Assembly: GCA_947626095.1 (NCBI GenBank) | Contig: CANQQV010000002.1 | Span: forward strand, 1-64,000 | Length of the DNA stretch: 64,000 bases | From: an uncultured Bacilli bacterium | GTDB taxonomy: Bacteria; Bacillota_I; Bacilli_A; RF39; UBA660 | Reading direction: 5' to 3' | Part shown: one piece after another, positions 60,522 through 64,000 of the stretch | Layout: every line of letters begins with the position of its first letter | Position numbering within the stretch: the stretch's first letter is position 1 | Translations under genes and position numbers: made by a program | The notes under the pieces: generated by a model | What the model was told of the DNA's origin: nothing | Seen by the model: only the letters and a program-made list of their open reading frames with translations | Databases searched by the model: none

Positions 60522-63500
60522 CTATTCAATAGTTGGATAGCATATACTAACATCCATTTTTTCGGCTTCACCATCATTATTTGAATCATAGTAGAAAGTA
60601 TATTTATATTCGTTAACCCATGCAGTGTAATCAAGAGCAATTTTATTATATTTACTTCTTGATACTTCAATATATCTAGTTTCACCAGGATAATTATTAT
60701 CGTATACTTCTATTTTAAACTTATTAGCATCGTTTATATCACGAATTAATTTAGTGGCATTTATACCATGATTATGGTTAATAGCAAGAATTAATGGCTT
60801 ACCAGCAGATAACCCTTCGTTTAATTCTTTAAAAGCTTTATCTGGATAAGCACTAAAACCAGTTACTTTATCATTTACTTGTAAAATAAATAAACGATAA
60901 AAAGCATTTAATAACTGACTTTCATCTTTGACGACAGCATTATTAAATGTGTCATTGTCGATATTTAGTAAAGCACTTTGATATTTATTAAAATCTTTAC
61001 CATTACTAGTTTTTTTAATTGAAAAAGTAGTTCCAATTTTTTCTAGTTTTTTTACATATTTTTTATTTATCATAAGAGTTTTATTTTCTACTCTATCGCG
61101 ATAATCAGCTGGCTTATCGGGACTTAAAAGAATTTGTAATGCTTCGTTGGTTATTTTATAATCGTAAAGATTTTCTTTTCGAGCGATAAATGTTCCTTCT
61201 AAATTATAACCATTAGAAGCTTCGTATCGATGAAATACATCCCATTTATGAGCTTTAGGTAGAGATAATGGAAGGGAATCTGTATAATATAACATTGCGA
61301 AAGTTGCCATACCATAACAATGTCCGCCTTCTGATTTATTACTGCTAAAATTACTAAATGAGAAACCATCTCTAGTAACAATGAAACCACTATCAGCTTC
61401 AATCATACCATCAGCTTTATTATCGTTGTCTGTATCAACAAGACTGTAGTTAATACTTGCTCCTACTTTAGAATATATTTCATCTAAAGCTGATGAGTTA
61501 GAAGCATTATAGTAATCACAACCAGTTTCTTCAGCAATTTCATTTAAATCATTAGTATCTATTTTATCTCCTAAGCCAATTACACATATTTTAACGTTTT
61601 TATCTTGAGCGTTTTTAATAATAGAAGCTTTTTTTGATGATATAGAACCAAATGTGTTTTTACCATCAGTTAAAAGGACGATATAGTTATTATTTTGTTT
61701 GTTATTAAATTCATTTATACCACTATCTAGTGAACTAGTAATATTTGTTCCATTGGCATTACTATTCCATTTGCTTTCCATTGAATTAACAGCTTTTTTA
61801 ACAGTTTTAGTATCTTTGGTAAATTTAGATAAATTAACGTAATTACCAGAGAATTCTGCAACACCAAATTCATAATTACCAGTAAACATATCAATTAGTT
61901 TATTGGTTAAAGATAATCTTTTAAATTCAGTATCATTACCAACAGCACCTTGACTATCGTCATAACCAGCTTCTATCATTTGTTCTTCACTATACATAGA
62001 AACAGAATTATCAATAATAAACATTATTTGAGAATTATTATCAGTTAGAACAACATTATTATCACCGATAACATATTTAGAAAAATGTTTTAAAGTAACA
62101 GTAATAGTTTTGTTTTCTTTATCAACAGTTGTTGGCATAGCTTCTAGTTTTTTAGTTTCTTCATTAAAATAATATAATGTTAAGTTATCTTCATTTAAAC
62201 CCTTTTTGGTAATATCTTCGATATCGTATTTGATAGTTACTTTGGCATTATTGATTTTACCTGTAGAATAAAAGCTATATATGGTATCTAGTAAACCATC
62301 CATGTTATTAAAGGTATTATTTTTAACTAAATCAATTGTTGAACTAGCAATATTGCCTTTACCATTAATTTCGATAGTAACACCTAAGTCTTTTTCTTCA
62401 ATTGTATAAGTTAAATCTCTTTCACTATCTTTAAGTCCATCACCTTTAGAATCAGCTTTTAATGGATCTAAACCTAAATCAAGTTCATCGCCATCTCTTA
62501 TCCCATCATTATCAGTATCAGCTTTTAATGGATCAGTTTGAGTTTTTTCGATTTCAAATTTATCAGGTAGACCATCAGAATCAGTATCAGCATCATCTTT
62601 ATTAGTACCTAATTTTATTTCTTCAGCATTCATTAAACCATCGTTATCATTATCGGTTATTTCATCATCTACTTCATCTTCAATTATTCCAGCTAGTTGT
62701 TGGTTATTTTCGATACTATCTAGTTTGATAACATTAATAGTTTTACTTATTTGTTTACCACTAGGAGCGGTTGCATATATGGTATATGTACCCTCTTTAT
62801 TAGGCAAATGCCATTCAACTTCGTCATCGTCAGCTTCTAGAGTACCATCTTCAGTAGTAAATTCGATATCAAGAATACGATTTTTTTCTCGGTCATAAGC
62901 AAGAACATTTAATTTTAAAGTTGTACCTTCAGTATAATCAAGTTTGGCATCACCACGATCCATATCCCATTTAATTTCAGTAAAATCGTATAATAGGAAG
63001 AATAGTAATAAAGCAACACATATTGTTAAACATAAGGAAGTACCAATAATTATTTTCTTTTTGTGAATGATAAAGAATTCTTTTAACTTAGTAATAAAAC
63101 CATTAGTTTTTTTAGGCTTAGGTTCTGGTGCTGTATTTACAACAGCCGTTGTCGGACTAGTTTGCGCTACTGGGGTTGATGGGTCTGTTACCGGTTCAGT
63201 AGTAGTTGGGGTTTGATTTTCAACAGGTACTGAAGATTCAGCTACTACTTCGTTTGGATTAACAGGTTTTACCTCAGGTAATGAAGGATTGACTACCTCT
63301 TTTGGAAGATTAAGTTCTTTAGGAGAAACAGCTGATTCTGTTACTACTTTCTCAAGATTAATTTTTTCTTCAGTTGGAGTAGATACTACTATTTCACTTG
63401 GAGAATGAGTAGTTTGAACTTCAGAATTTACAGGTTCGACTGACTCCTTTGGAAAACTTGTTTTTTCTTCAGAAACTGTAGGCTCAACTACACTTTTAGG

Positions 63501-63827
63501 TAGGACGATTGAAGTCTCAAGTGTTGGAGATTTTGGTACAACCTCTTTTTTTAGATTAGGTTGAACTTTAGTAGTTGAGGTTTTGACAGCACCATTTGTA
63601 TGTGTTCTTGTTTGATTGCCATATTGGGTTGGTTTTATTCTCTTAGGGTTTGGTAATGTAGTTGATTCATGGGCAGAAACAGGTTTAACAGCTTTACTTT
63701 CAGATAAAGCTTTGGAACTTTGGGCAGGGTTTAGTTTGGCAGGGGCATTTTTTAATAAACTAGTGCCACACTTAGGACAAATGGTGTTATTATCAGGGAT
63801 TTCCTCTAAACAATTTGGACATTTCAT
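60522..63827 (-). CDS. Zinc-ribbon membrane protein with extracellular Ca-binding (DxDxDG) repeats and a VWA domain
   Basis: N-terminal CxxC..CxxC, Pro/Thr-rich cytoplasmic linker, TM segment, DNDNDG/DSDG repeats, MIDAS DNSVS and LLTDG. Confidence 0.8.
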   Translation of the reverse strand: MKCPNCLEEIPDNNTICPKCGTSLLKNAPAKLNPAQSSKALSESKAVKPVSAHESTTLPNPKRIKPTQYGNQTRTHTNGAVKTSTTKVQPNLKKEVVPKSPTLETSIVLPKSVVEPTVSEEKTSFPKESVEPVNSEVQTTHSPSEIVVSTPTEEKINLEKVVTESAVSPKELNLPKEVVNPSLPEVKPVNPNEVVAESSVPVENQTPTTTEPVTDPSTPVAQTSPTTAVVNTAPEPKPKKTNGFITKLKEFFIIHKKKIIIGTSLCLTICVALLLFFLLYDFTEIKWDMDRGDAKLDYTEGTTLKLNVLAYDREKNRILDIEFTTEDGTLEADDDEVEWHLPNKEGTYTIYATAPSGKQISKTINVIKLDSIENNQQLAGIIEDEVDDEITDNDNDGLMNAEEIKLGTNKDDADTDSDGLPDKFEIEKTQTDPLKADTDNDGIRDGDELDLGLDPLKADSKGDGLKDSERDLTYTIEEKDLGVTIEINGKGNIASSTIDLVKNNTFNNMDGLLDTIYSFYSTGKINNAKVTIKYDIEDITKKGLNEDNLTLYYFNEETKKLEAMPTTVDKENKTITVTLKHFSKYVIGDNNVVLTDNNSQIMFIIDNSVSMYSEEQMIEAGYDDSQGAVGNDTEFKRLSLTNKLIDMFTGNYEFGVAEFSGNYVNLSKFTKDTKTVKKAVNSMESKWNSNANGTNITSSLDSGINEFNNKQNNNYIVLLTDGKNTFGSISSKKASIIKNAQDKNVKICVIGLGDKIDTNDLNEIAEETGCDYYNASNSSALDEIYSKVGASINYSLVDTDNDNKADGMIEADSGFIVTRDGFSFSNFSSNKSEGGHCYGMATFAMLYYTDSLPLSLPKAHKWDVFHRYEASNGYNLEGTFIARKENLYDYKITNEALQILLSPDKPADYRDRVENKTLMINKKYVKKLEKIGTTFSIKKTSNGKDFNKYQSALLNIDNDTFNNAVVKDESQLLNAFYRLFILQVNDKVTGFSAYPDKAFKELNEGLSAGKPLILAINHNHGINATKLIRDINDANKFKIEVYDNNYPGETRYIEVSRSKYNKIALDYTAWVNEYKYTFYYDSNNDGEAEKMDVSICYPTIE

Positions 63828-64000
63828 ATAAACTTACTCCTTTTTATAATAGTATTTTAGCCTTATTTTATTAGGCTTCTATCATGTCTAATATTATCAT
63901 TTTTTACAAAAAAAATAAAGATATATATGATATCTTTAAATTTTTATAACTTTAGGTTTATCATCAAATGAGGAAATTGTAGCTTTAATATTAGTTAGAT

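Noticed and set aside
1509-63831. Short plus-strand and alternate-frame ORFs in the track (e.g. 1509-1721, 14191-14595, 30726-31043, 39172-39450, 63616-63831)
   Set aside because: They are antisense or out-of-frame shadows of longer, well-supported genes, with no RBS or recognisable motifs.

Overview
This is an AT-rich chromosomal window from a low-GC Bacillota genome using the standard genetic code. The gene set and style suggest an uncultured gut Bacilli lineage such as RF39, but that is inference only. Every credible gene lies on the minus strand. Housekeeping blocks are nth-dnaD-cca, rpe-rsgA-prkC-prpC-rlmN, sigE-spoIIGA, ftsZ-ftsA, rplT-rpmI-infC, helD, thrS with a T-box, and trxB. Two accessory systems stand out. 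(1) At 1-4242 is a surface-protein locus holding two 'headless' but fully open cassettes. They have no start codon, RBS or promoter, and each sits directly behind an in-frame TAA and a terminator. They share an identical 42-bp 5' segment and an identical >=81-bp 3' segment around divergent middles. This looks like a silent-cassette antigenic-variation system. Poly-G tracts also sit inside the promoter spacers of two intact surface-protein genes. (2) At 28.7-46.2 kb is a type VII secretion locus with essC and yukD/esaB but no esaA, essA or essB in the window. It is followed by two parallel, paralogous 7-8 gene modules of WXG100-like proteins, a large acidic substrate and DUF4176 genes, and preceded by an orphan Pol-beta/CD-NTase-like nucleotidyltransferase. 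All calls come from reading motifs by eye; no database searches were run.
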